IMG/VR virus record: IMGVR_UViG_3300026057_000005
Reading direction: 5' to 3' (one strand)
Source of the DNA: an uncultured virus (IMG/VR IMGVR_UViG_3300026057_000005)
Taxonomy: Duplodnaviria > Heunggongvirae > Uroviricota > Caudoviricetes
Length of the DNA stretch: 20,000 nt
Part shown: piece after piece, positions 7,243-15,532 of the stretch
Layout: every line of letters begins with the position of its first letter
Numbering within the stretch: position 1 is the stretch's first letter
The notes under the pieces: model-generated
Told to the model about the DNA's origin: nothing
Database searches by the model: none
Seen by the model: the letters and a program-made list of their open reading frames with translations, nothing else
Position numbers and translations under genes: made by a program

Positions 7243-9555
7243 ATGAGCAAAAAGTCAGTACTCGTCACGTCGCTCATCGCGATCGCGCTGGTCGCCACCA
7301 TCGTCGAGGCGGCGACCGTAGGGCCCTATCCGTCGGTCGGGCTCTACTGGTTCGACAACGTCGATCCAACGACGGGCGCCGGGATGTCGGCGCCCGCGAA
7401 TCAACTCCTGGTTCGCACCGACACGCCGAGCATCTACTACAAGAGCGGCCCCGCGGATACCGCATGGACGAAGATCGGCAACGGTGCTGGCGGCGGCGGG
7501 ACCGGCACGGTCACGAGCGTCGCGTGCGGCACGGGTATGTCCTGCTCGCCGAGCCCGATCACGACGACCGGCACGGTCAACGTCAACCTCACGCCGACGA
7601 CGTGCGCCGCGGGGACCGCCGAGATCACGACAGCCGCGAACGGCACGAGCACGTGCTCGACGTTCGTCAACGCGGTCGGGACCGGGCTCTCGCTCTCGGG
7701 GTCGACCGCATCCGTCAACCTCACGCCGACGACATGCGCCGCGGGCATGGCCGAAATCTCGACCGCGGCGGACGGTACCAGCGCGTGCGCGTCGTTCGTC
7801 ACCTCGAGCTCGCTGACCGCCAACACGATCCCGAAGGGAACGGGCGCGGGCGCGCTCGCGAACTCCTCCTCGACGGATGACGGCACGACCGTCACGATCG
7901 GCGGCCAGGTCACCGTCGTCGAGGCAAGCGGCAACACCACGATCCCGGGCTTCCTCGCCGCCGCAGGGCAGTTCGTGCTGTCCGGCACGATCAGCCCGAC
8001 GGCGTTCGCGGGCACGCGCGTCGACAACTACAACCCGACCGGACTCTCGACGACCTACACGATCCAGCAGAACGTCACCTCCGCGACGACGATCACGGGG
8101 CTGACGGCGCAGCCCGCCGGCACGGAGATCAACTTCCGCAACACGGGCGCGTCCGCCGCGCTCACGTTCTCGAACGCCGACACGAACTCGCTCGCTGCAA
8201 ATCGATTCTCGCTGCCCGGCGGCGTCAACTGGATCCTCCCTGCCGGATCGTCGCTGCTCTTGCGCTACAGCAGCGCGGGCGTCTGGCGCCTGGTCGCCAG
8301 CTCGACGACGGACTTGCCGACGCTCAACGTCGACAGCGGCTTCTCGGTCGCCGGTGGCAGCACGCTCCTTCACAGCGCGACGTCGGTCACGAGCTCGTTC
8401 ACCGCGTCCGCCGGTTCGACATTCACGTCGGGCACCGGAGGCATCCCGATCACCGCCGGCAACAACCATAGCCCGATCACGACGGGCTCGGAGGTCATTC
8501 AGGTCAACGAGACCGGCGTCTATGACACGACGTCGGGCGCGATCACGGCGTACGGCATCCAGGCGCAAGCGACCGGAAATCGCACGTCCGGCGCGAACCC
8601 GCTGACCAACGTCGCGCTGTACGCGACCGCGACCACCGCGCAGACCAACCAAGCACTCGTCTGCGATGCCGGCGACGTCATCCTTAACAACACGAGCGGC
8701 ACGACGACGGTCAAGGGCGCTGCGAGCTTCACGTCGACGACATCGACGACGTTCTCGAACGGCCCGACCGGGTTCAACACGTACGGCGGCACGCACCTCG
8801 AGTGGGTCGATGACTGGCTCGTCGGTGTTCTTCAGCCGACCTCGGCGCTGAACTGGCCGCTCGGCACGACCTGGATCGCGTCCGCGAATGCGTCGAACTT
8901 GTTCACCGTCGGCGCGGGCACGACGTCGCGTCCTGGCATCCTCGAGATGACCACCTCGACGAGCACGACGGGTCAGGCCGAGATCGTTACGTCGACCAAG
9001 TTGGTCGACTTCGGATCGGGCAACTGGTCGTTCGAATGGGCCGGCGGGTGGCCGACGCTCTCGGTGTCCGGCAACTTCTACGCGTCCGTGATCGGCTTCG
9101 GGAACACGACCGACGTGAACCCGACGAACGGCTGTTACTTCCTCTACGATCAAGGCAACGTCGCCTCCGGCGGGCAGAACGGATCGAACACGAACGACCT
9201 TGAGGCCGTCTGCGCCAACGGCGGCACGCGCACGATCTACCTGCTGAACGGATCCGGAAACTGCGACAACTCGTTCGCCAAGGGCACGGTCCTCGTCTCC
9301 GCGCTGACCCTGCCGAACACGAACATCGTGCACTTGCTTGTCAAGATGACCGCGGCGACCAAGGCCGAGTTTTACACCGTCTCCGGGACCGTGCAGACCA
9401 AGGTATGTGAGATCGCCACGAACATCCCTTCCGGCGCGTCGAACCTGACCGGAGTCGTATTCGACATGATCAAGTCGACGGGCGGCACGGCGAGGACGTT
9501 TGACACGGACTACACGCGCATCGCCGTCGATCTCACGAGCGCGCGCTCTCCCTGA
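7243..9555 (+). CDS. Thr/Ser/Gly-rich mosaic fibre/adhesin-like protein with N-terminal signal peptide or anchor, 770 aa
   Basis: AGGA RBS; MSKKSVLVTSLIAIALVATIVEA-A leader; GTGTVTSVA linker; NYNP..TITGL..AANRF..RY...WR fibre module; beta-rich C-terminus. Confidence 0.75.
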   Translation: MSKKSVLVTSLIAIALVATIVEAATVGPYPSVGLYWFDNVDPTTGAGMSAPANQLLVRTDTPSIYYKSGPADTAWTKIGNGAGGGGTGTVTSVACGTGMSCSPSPITTTGTVNVNLTPTTCAAGTAEITTAANGTSTCSTFVNAVGTGLSLSGSTASVNLTPTTCAAGMAEISTAADGTSACASFVTSSSLTANTIPKGTGAGALANSSSTDDGTTVTIGGQVTVVEASGNTTIPGFLAAAGQFVLSGTISPTAFAGTRVDNYNPTGLSTTYTIQQNVTSATTITGLTAQPAGTEINFRNTGASAALTFSNADTNSLAANRFSLPGGVNWILPAGSSLLLRYSSAGVWRLVASSTTDLPTLNVDSGFSVAGGSTLLHSATSVTSSFTASAGSTFTSGTGGIPITAGNNHSPITTGSEVIQVNETGVYDTTSGAITAYGIQAQATGNRTSGANPLTNVALYATATTAQTNQALVCDAGDVILNNTSGTTTVKGAASFTSTTSTTFSNGPTGFNTYGGTHLEWVDDWLVGVLQPTSALNWPLGTTWIASANASNLFTVGAGTTSRPGILEMTTSTSTTGQAEIVTSTKLVDFGSGNWSFEWAGGWPTLSVSGNFYASVIGFGNTTDVNPTNGCYFLYDQGNVASGGQNGSNTNDLEAVCANGGTRTIYLLNGSGNCDNSFAKGTVLVSALTLPNTNIVHLLVKMTAATKAEFYTVSGTVQTKVCEIATNIPSGASNLTGVVFDMIKSTGGTARTFDTDYTRIAVDLTSARSP
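7582..7800 (+). repeat. Intragenic duplication of a 29-aa two-Cys unit
   Basis: VNLTPTTCAAGTAEITTAANGTSTCSTFV (7582-7668) and VNLTPTTCAAGMAEISTAADGTSACASFV (7714-7800). Confidence 0.9.
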
Positions 9556-9581
9556 TTCGGGCTATTCCGTTCCAGCAAACG

Positions 9582-9623
9582 TCAAGCCGATTCGGGCTTG
9601 AAACCAACCGAATCGTGTACAAT
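9582..9623 (+). promoter_or_regulatory. Intergenic inverted repeats plus -10 TACAAT (leaderless)
   Basis: TCAAGCC-N6-GGCTTGA at 9582-9601; CGATTCGG/CCGAATCG at 9588/9608; TACAAT 9618-9623 is 5 nt before ATG 9629. Confidence 0.55.
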
Positions 9624-9628
9624 GGGCC

Positions 9629-10363
9629 ATGACCGACATCGCCGCTTCCGTGCCCGATCCGACCTTGACCCCGATTCCGGTTCCGAGCTCGGCCACCGCG
9701 CCGACGCCCGGCTACAAGACGTCGGAGGCGTGGCTCACGTTCCTGACGCTCGTCGTCGGCGCGATCCCGAACTCGGGCCTCGTCGCCGATGCGCCGGTCG
9801 CGGCCAAGATCGTCGGCATGGCGATCGCGGCGCTCTCGGTGCTCAACTACACGGCGAACCGTACGTCGCTCAAGCGTGCGCACCTGGCGAGCGACGCGAC
9901 GTCGACGGCCTCGTCGAGCTCGTCGAAGCTTCAGGCGATCGCCGGCAGCGTCGCCGCGGTCGGCGTCCTCGTGCTGGCGATCCTGTACTCGGGATCGCCG
10001 GCGAGCGCGTCGCCCTCGAAGGCGAGCTCGGGCGCAGGCCCGAGCGCAGGCGTGATGTCGCATGGGCTCCTGACCGGGGCCTTGGCGACCCCGACGAGCG
10101 AGCTCTGCGCCGGGCGCGATCTGAATCGCCTGGTCGACGGCAAGTCGCTCCTCGTGACCGTCGCCGATGATCTCGTCGCGACGGACTACGAAGCGTCGAT
10201 CAGCGCCCTGATCGTGAAGCTCGGCGATCGCGACGTCGCGTGCGCGACGCTCGTCGTCGCGAAGATCGCCAGCGCCGGCATGACGAGCGGAGCCGCAGCG
10301 CTCTCGCCGCTCGACGCACGCGCGCGCTCGACGATCGAGCGGAACCACTGGGGGTCGCTGTGA
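9629..10363 (+). CDS. Holin-like membrane protein with extra C-terminal helical two-Cys domain, 244 aa
   Basis: PGYKTSEAW followed by two hydrophobic helices and Y...R..LK, resembling small phage membrane/holin-like proteins; third TM (IAGSVAAVGVLVLAILYS); located after tail genes. Confidence 0.6.
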   Translation: MTDIAASVPDPTLTPIPVPSSATAPTPGYKTSEAWLTFLTLVVGAIPNSGLVADAPVAAKIVGMAIAALSVLNYTANRTSLKRAHLASDATSTASSSSSKLQAIAGSVAAVGVLVLAILYSGSPASASPSKASSGAGPSAGVMSHGLLTGALATPTSELCAGRDLNRLVDGKSLLVTVADDLVATDYEASISALIVKLGDRDVACATLVVAKIASAGMTSGAAALSPLDARARSTIERNHWGSL

Positions 10364-10812
10364 GCACCCGAGCGTTCAGCATCCTCGTCTCGATCATCTT
10401 CGCGATCGGCGGCACGCTCTGCGTTGGCGTGCAGGTCTACGGATGCACGGGGACCGGGAAGGGCGCCATCATGACGGGCGCGTTCGAGGCGTGCGCCGAG
10501 GCCGATCTCGGACGCGCGGTCGGCTCGACGAACTTACTCGGCGCGGTCGCCGCGATCGTCAACGAGAACACCACCGGCCTCGAGTCGGATCTGACCGCGC
10601 TCGCGGTGCGCGTCGGCATCGCCAGCGTGCAGTGCGCGATCGTCGCCGTCGAGGCCGTCCTCGCATCGACGGCGAGCGCGCCGGGGTCGGGCGGGTCGAC
10701 GACACCGACGCCGACGCCGACGCCGTCGACAGCGTTTCATCCGCCGTCCGGGCTAACGCGCGCGCTCGCGTGGAGCGCGTCCGCGACGGCGCCCGCCCGC
10801 GCGAAGCCGTAA
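10360..10812 (+). CDS. Putative lipoprotein/membrane-anchored protein, 150 aa, paralogous to C-terminus of upstream gene
   Basis: GTGA overlap; hydrophobic leader ending in lipobox-like VYGC; shared CA..DL.R.V...LL..VA...CA pattern; PT-repeat linker. Confidence 0.65.
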   Translation: MSTRAFSILVSIIFAIGGTLCVGVQVYGCTGTGKGAIMTGAFEACAEADLGRAVGSTNLLGAVAAIVNENTTGLESDLTALAVRVGIASVQCAIVAVEAVLASTASAPGSGGSTTPTPTPTPSTAFHPPSGLTRALAWSASATAPARAKP

Positions 10813-10920
10813 CGCGATCGTGCTCGGGGTGGGCTCGAAATCCACCTCGCTGTGCCCAACTAAGACGTGGGCAAGCGCAACCCGTTTGCGGGGAGCACGC
10901 GAGGCGAGATAGCCTGAGCC

Positions 10921-11937
10921 ATGTACAACATCGCACGCCGTCAAGGGATCCACTCCATGAGCGAAGTCCACATCTCGAAGAAGCGGCACGTCGAGCGACC
11001 GCAGCACGGCGGCGCACCGTCCAAGCATCCAACGACGCCGCCGCGGAACAAGCCCCGGCAGCCGAAGCCGCCGGCAAAGCCGACAAAGCCGACCAAGCCG
11101 ACCAAGCCAGCGCCACGCCCGCCGCGCGCTCCGGCGCCAACGACGCCGGCGATGACCTGTCCGGCACCGTCGCCGACCCCGGCGCCCGTGCCGCCCGCCC
11201 TGGCGACCATCCCGCGCATGCGCTTCGGCGTCGTCGACCTCTCGGGTTCGCTGCCCGCGGCCGAGCTCGCCGCGTACGCCGCCGCACAGCAACGTCAGTT
11301 GCGCGAACACTACGCGTCGGTGTTCGACGGCGACGGCGCGAACGACGAGGTGCGCGTGACGACGACGACTGCGCCGCTCGTCGCCGGCGAGATCGCGATC
11401 ATCCTGCACCCGAGCTCGGCCGGCGCCGACGAGGGGGCCCTCGGCGAGCACGGGCTCGCCGCCAATGGCAGCGGCGTGCCCTCGATGAACATCTACCTCG
11501 ATCTCGCCGACAAGTACGGCGAGACGTGGACATCGATCGCGTCGCACGAGGTGCTCGAGACGCGCGCCGACCCGCGGCTCCACGCGTGCGTCGAGCTCGA
11601 CAACGGCGAGATCTGGGATCGCGAGATCTGCGATCGCGTACAAGCCGAAATCGTCATCGTCGACGGTGTGCCGCTGTCCAACTTCAACACGCCGGCGTGC
11701 TTCGAGCCGACCGGCGCACCCGGGGAGTTCTACGACTGGCTGAAGCTGTCGACGAAACCGAACGAAGTACGCCCCGGCGGCTACGCGCAGCAGTACACCT
11801 CGGGCAAGGGCTGGACGCAGGTCAGCGAGGCGCGCGGCTACCGCGGCGAGCTCGCTGCCCTCGGGCTCTCGCGTGGCACGCGCCGGCGCGTGCGATCCCG
11901 TGTCGCCGCCTACCGCAACGCGGCCGGCCTCGCGTAG
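10921..11937 (+). CDS. Pro/Lys-rich N-terminus plus putative metal-dependent hydrolase domain (HExxE...DP), 338 aa; alternative start 10957
   Basis: GALGEH, IASHEVLETRADP, EICDRVQ, LSNFNTP motifs; KPT repeats at N-terminus. Confidence 0.65.
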   Translation: MYNIARRQGIHSMSEVHISKKRHVERPQHGGAPSKHPTTPPRNKPRQPKPPAKPTKPTKPTKPAPRPPRAPAPTTPAMTCPAPSPTPAPVPPALATIPRMRFGVVDLSGSLPAAELAAYAAAQQRQLREHYASVFDGDGANDEVRVTTTTAPLVAGEIAIILHPSSAGADEGALGEHGLAANGSGVPSMNIYLDLADKYGETWTSIASHEVLETRADPRLHACVELDNGEIWDREICDRVQAEIVIVDGVPLSNFNTPACFEPTGAPGEFYDWLKLSTKPNEVRPGGYAQQYTSGKGWTQVSEARGYRGELAALGLSRGTRRRVRSRVAAYRNAAGLA

Positions 11938-12059
11938 CGCCGGCGGCACGCGGCGTGGCGTTCAAGATCTTCCCTCCGTCGCGCGCGCCGGGCTCGGCTC
12001 GACCGGCACCCGCGACGGACACGCGCGCCGCGGCGACGCCGCCGGTGATCGGTCCGTCA

Positions 12060-12599
12060 ATGGGGGATCCAGGCACGCACAAGCGCAAGCCGTCGAGCAC
12101 TCGGCCGCCGGACGACGTCGAAGTGTCGCGACGAACCGAGACGTCGCGCGTCGACATCGGGCGCGGGCTGCAACGCATCGAAGGCAACAGCAAGAGCAGC
12201 AACAGCGCGTATATCGTCATCGCGCCCAAGGAAGAGGCGCCGGCGAAGGCGACGACATCGGCGAAGCGAATGACCAAGGTGGAGAGCACCGAGGAATCGC
12301 GCAAGCGCGTCGTCGATGATCTCGGGACCGAGCGCGAGGAGATTCGCGGCCACGGGCACGGCGCCGTCAAGTACATCGTGCGCTCGCCGGTGACGGATCC
12401 GGTTGTCGTGCAGCACGTCGGCGTGCTCGAGTCGGGCGCCGACGTCGACGTCGACGATGATCACGCCGAGGCGACGAACACCCCGAACGTACCCGACGAC
12501 GAGACCGAGACGCTGTACGGAAGATGGACCGACGACGAAGATGCCGACGAGAGCGCCGACGACGTCGACGACACCACCACGAGGAACCGAACACGATGA
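12060..12599 (+). CDS. Hypothetical, likely disordered protein with acidic C-terminus, 179 aa
   Basis: 3' part of ORF 10443..12599 with coding-like codons; Asp/Glu-rich tail; ATGA overlap with next gene. Start uncertain. Confidence 0.65.
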   Translation: MGDPGTHKRKPSSTRPPDDVEVSRRTETSRVDIGRGLQRIEGNSKSSNSAYIVIAPKEEAPAKATTSAKRMTKVESTEESRKRVVDDLGTEREEIRGHGHGAVKYIVRSPVTDPVVVQHVGVLESGADVDVDDDHAEATNTPNVPDDETETLYGRWTDDEDADESADDVDDTTTRNRTR

Positions 12600-12988
12600 A
12601 GCTCTACTGGCACGACATCGGCACGAGCGGCGATCGGTATCCGTTCGCGATTCGCGAGCTCACGCACGCGCGCGGCGTGTACGTCATCCGCGACAAGAGC
12701 ACCAAGAAGGTGTTGTACGTCGGCTCGAGCGCGAACCGCTTGTACTCGACGGCGACGCGACACTTTCAGGACTGGCGCCGCAACAAGAAGTGGTGGAGCG
12801 GCGCGTACGGTGCGCAGCATGATCCGGGCACCGTGTACCAGCGCGCGAAGTGCGAGCTCGCGGTCGAGGTGATGGAGAAGAAGGCCGATCACCTGAAGCG
12901 CGAGGCCGAACTCATCGAAAGGCTCGAGCCGCGGGACAACCTCGTGCAACGGCCCGATGGCGGCAACGACGGCGAGGTTCCGTTTTGA
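12596..12988 (+). CDS. GIY-YIG nuclease superfamily protein, 130 aa
   Basis: GVYVI...VLYVGSS, RHF, EAELI...PRDN; GAGGA RBS; ATGA overlap. Confidence 0.85.
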   Translation: MKLYWHDIGTSGDRYPFAIRELTHARGVYVIRDKSTKKVLYVGSSANRLYSTATRHFQDWRRNKKWWSGAYGAQHDPGTVYQRAKCELAVEVMEKKADHLKREAELIERLEPRDNLVQRPDGGNDGEVPF

Positions 12989-13175
12989 AACGGCACCTCG
13001 TGCTGTCGAAGCCGACCGGCGCCGGGCTCGAAGCCCTCGGCAAGGCCGCGCACCTCGCCCGCCTGCGTCGCTGCGCGCGAAGCTCCCCGCGCTGCGCACG
13101 CTCGACGTGTCCACGCGTCAGGCCGCGGTGCGCGCCGCGCTCCGACAGGCCTTCCCGAAAGCGAAGGTCGGCTGA
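12985..13175 (+). pseudogene. Possible frameshifted small gene
   Basis: TTG overlapping the GIY-YIG stop gives MKRHLVLSKPTGAGLEALGKAAHLA; protein-like sequence continues in another frame (SLRAKLPALRTLDVSTRQAAVRAALRQAFPKAKVG*) after about 13060. Confidence 0.35.
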
Positions 13176-13184
13176 GTCCGACCG

Positions 13185-15515
13185 TCAGTTCGCTTCGCCG
13201 GTCAGGAACTTCGCGAACACCGTCTTACGACCCGAGATCGTGAAGTCGACGATCGCCTTGGTCTCGCGGCCGTTGCCCGACACCGCGATCACCTTGCCGA
13301 GGCCGTGGATCTCGTGGCTGACCTGGTCGCCCGAGCGAAACACCTCGGCCGCGGGCACGTCGGCGTCGACCCGATAGACCGGCTCGTCGTCGTCGTTGCC
13401 GCGCTGATCGAACTCGTCGCGGCGCCGCCGCGGGGTGCCCGCGGTCGCGCCCGAGCCGCGCGCCCAGTTCGCGCGCGGCGGCGTGGTCTGTCCCGAGCGC
13501 CGCGACTGCACGACGCTGTCGGGTGGCAGGTCGAACAGAAACCGCGAGGGATCCTGCATGCGGATCTCGCCCCACACGCGGCGGGTGCGCGCGTGCGACA
13601 GGAACAGGCGCTGGCGTGCCCGCGTGATCGCGACGTACGCGAGCCGCCGCTCCTCCTCGAGCTGCGCGTCCTCGCTCGTCCCTTCGCGCTCGCGCAGCGA
13701 CGGGAACAGCCCGTCCTCGAGGCCGGTGATGAACACGACCGGCCACTCGAGGCCCTTCGCGATGTGGATCGTCATCAGCACGACCGACTCGCCGCTCGCC
13801 GGGGCCGTCTCGTCGGACGGCGCCGCCAGCGCGATGCGCTCGAGGAACCCCTCGATGCCTCCGAAAACGACCGGCGGATCGTCGGCATTCGACGCCGTGG
13901 ACGGGGTTCCCGCCGCGTCGTCACCAGCCTCCGCGCTCGTCGCCTCGTCCGCGGCCGCGTCGTCGTAGTCCGACGCGATCGTCACGAGCTCGGCGAGGTT
14001 GTCCAGACGATCGCGCGACTCGCTCGAGCTGTCGGCCTCGAGCTTCGCGCGGAGCCCGCTGCGCTCGATGATCTGGATGATCGTCTCCGCCACCGACGCG
14101 CCCTGCTGGATGACATCGACGAGACCGTCGACCAACTCGACGAAGCCGTGCAGCTTGCGGCGCGGCGCGGTCCCGATGCCCGCGACCTCGGCGCGCACCG
14201 CGCCGCGCGCGGCGTCGAGCAGGCCGGCGCCCGTCGCGCGCTCCGCCATCCGCAGGCGCTCGACCGTCGCGTCGCCGACCCCGCGCGCGGGCACGTTGAC
14301 GACGCGCTCGAACGCGGAGTCCGCGCTCGGGTTCGCGAGCAGGCGCAGGTACGCGACGACGTCCTTGACCTCCTTGCGCTCGAAGAACGACATCGCGCCG
14401 ACGACCTTCGCCGGGATCCGCGCGGCGCGCAGGTGCTCCTCGAGCACGCGCGACTGCGCGTTGGTCCGGTAGAGGATCGCGATCTCGCCCGGCGAGTACG
14501 ACGTCTCGTCGAGGATGCGCCGGATCGCGTACGCGACGTGATACGCCTCGCCGCGCTCGTCGCCGGCCTGGTACTGCTCGATGAGGTCACCGCCGCCGAG
14601 CTCGGTCCACAGGGACTTCTCGTGGCGATCGCGGTTCTTGCGGATGATGCCGTTCGCGGCGTCGAGGATCGTCTGGGTCGAGCGGTAGTTCTGCTCGAGC
14701 TTGATCACGCGCGCATCCGGGAAGTCGCGATCGAAGTCGAGCAGGTTGCGCGGCTCGGCGCCGCGCCACGCGTAGATCGACTGGTCGTCGTCGCCGACGA
14801 CCGTCAGGTTGCGCGTGGCCTCGGCGAACCGGCGCACGAGGTCGTACTGCACGAGGTTGGTGTCCTGGAACTCGTCCACGAGCACGTGGCGGAACCGCAC
14901 GCGCAGCACCTTGGCGATCTTCTCGTCGTCGAACAGCGCGCGGACCTTGAGCAGCAGATCGTTGAAGTCGACCGCGTTCTCCTTCGCGAGCTGCGCCTGA
15001 TAGAGCGGATAGATCTTCTCGATCACGTCGTCGAACGGGCCCTCGCCGGCTCCGCCGTGCGCGCGCGGATCCTCGCCGCGATTCTTCGCGCGATCGAAGC
15101 GGGACAGCACCGTGCGGGCGGAGACCGCGTCGTCGAGGCCGGTCTCCTTGAGCAGCCGCTCGACCAGCTTCACCTGGTCGTCACCATCGAAGATCACGAA
15201 GCTGCGCGTCAGCCCGACCGCCTCGGCGTGCCGGCGCAACAGGCGCGCGCACGTCGAGTGAAACGTGCCGATCCACATCGCATCCGCACCCGCACCGAGC
15301 ATCGCCCGCAAGCGCGCGCGCATCTCGCCGGCCGCCTTGTTCGTGAACGTGACGGCCAGGATGTTCCACGGCTCGGTCCCGGTCTCGACCAGCCGCGCGA
15401 TGCGCTGTACGAGCACGCGCGTCTTGCCCGTGCCAGCTCCCGCGAGGACCATGAGCGGCCCATCGCTGTGCTCGACGGCGTTGCGCTGCTCCTGGTTGAG
15501 CGGGATCCGATCCAC
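13185..15515 (-). CDS. pcrA: ATP-dependent SF1A DNA helicase PcrA/UvrD, ~776 aa (GTG 15515; alternative 15527)
   Basis: LNQEQ Q-motif, AGAGTGKT, VTFTNKAA, TFHS, DEFQDTN, VGDDDQSIYAWRGA, LEQNYRS, LYRTNAQSR, MTIHIAKGLEW, EEERRLAYVAITRA; C-terminal Tudor-like domain (FRSGDQVSH..HGLGKV). Confidence 0.96.
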   Translation of the reverse strand: MDRIPLNQEQRNAVEHSDGPLMVLAGAGTGKTRVLVQRIARLVETGTEPWNILAVTFTNKAAGEMRARLRAMLGAGADAMWIGTFHSTCARLLRRHAEAVGLTRSFVIFDGDDQVKLVERLLKETGLDDAVSARTVLSRFDRAKNRGEDPRAHGGAGEGPFDDVIEKIYPLYQAQLAKENAVDFNDLLLKVRALFDDEKIAKVLRVRFRHVLVDEFQDTNLVQYDLVRRFAEATRNLTVVGDDDQSIYAWRGAEPRNLLDFDRDFPDARVIKLEQNYRSTQTILDAANGIIRKNRDRHEKSLWTELGGGDLIEQYQAGDERGEAYHVAYAIRRILDETSYSPGEIAILYRTNAQSRVLEEHLRAARIPAKVVGAMSFFERKEVKDVVAYLRLLANPSADSAFERVVNVPARGVGDATVERLRMAERATGAGLLDAARGAVRAEVAGIGTAPRRKLHGFVELVDGLVDVIQQGASVAETIIQIIERSGLRAKLEADSSSESRDRLDNLAELVTIASDYDDAAADEATSAEAGDDAAGTPSTASNADDPPVVFGGIEGFLERIALAAPSDETAPASGESVVLMTIHIAKGLEWPVVFITGLEDGLFPSLREREGTSEDAQLEEERRLAYVAITRARQRLFLSHARTRRVWGEIRMQDPSRFLFDLPPDSVVQSRRSGQTTPPRANWARGSGATAGTPRRRRDEFDQRGNDDDEPVYRVDADVPAAEVFRSGDQVSHEIHGLGKVIAVSGNGRETKAIVDFTISGRKTVFAKFLTGEAN

Positions 15516-15532
15516 GGAAAGAACCACCGGAG

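Noticed and set aside
4244..9555. Diversity-generating retroelement acting on the fibre genes
   Set aside because: No reverse transcriptase, and the intragenic duplications do not show adenine-specific template/variable differences.
11041..11200. KPT/PA and PT (10703-10725) short tandem repeats as contingency loci
   Set aside because: In-frame, degenerate low-complexity linkers; copy-number changes would not shift the frame.
11944..11959. Second sigma54-like box CGGCACGCGGCGTGGC
   Set aside because: Shares 11 nt with the 16166-16181 site, but GG-to-GC spacing is 11 rather than 10 and the next start is about 100 nt away.
10443..12059. 5' part of the 718-aa ORF 10443..12599
   Set aside because: Arg-rich off-frame readthrough across two better-supported genes; only the part from about 12060 looks coding.
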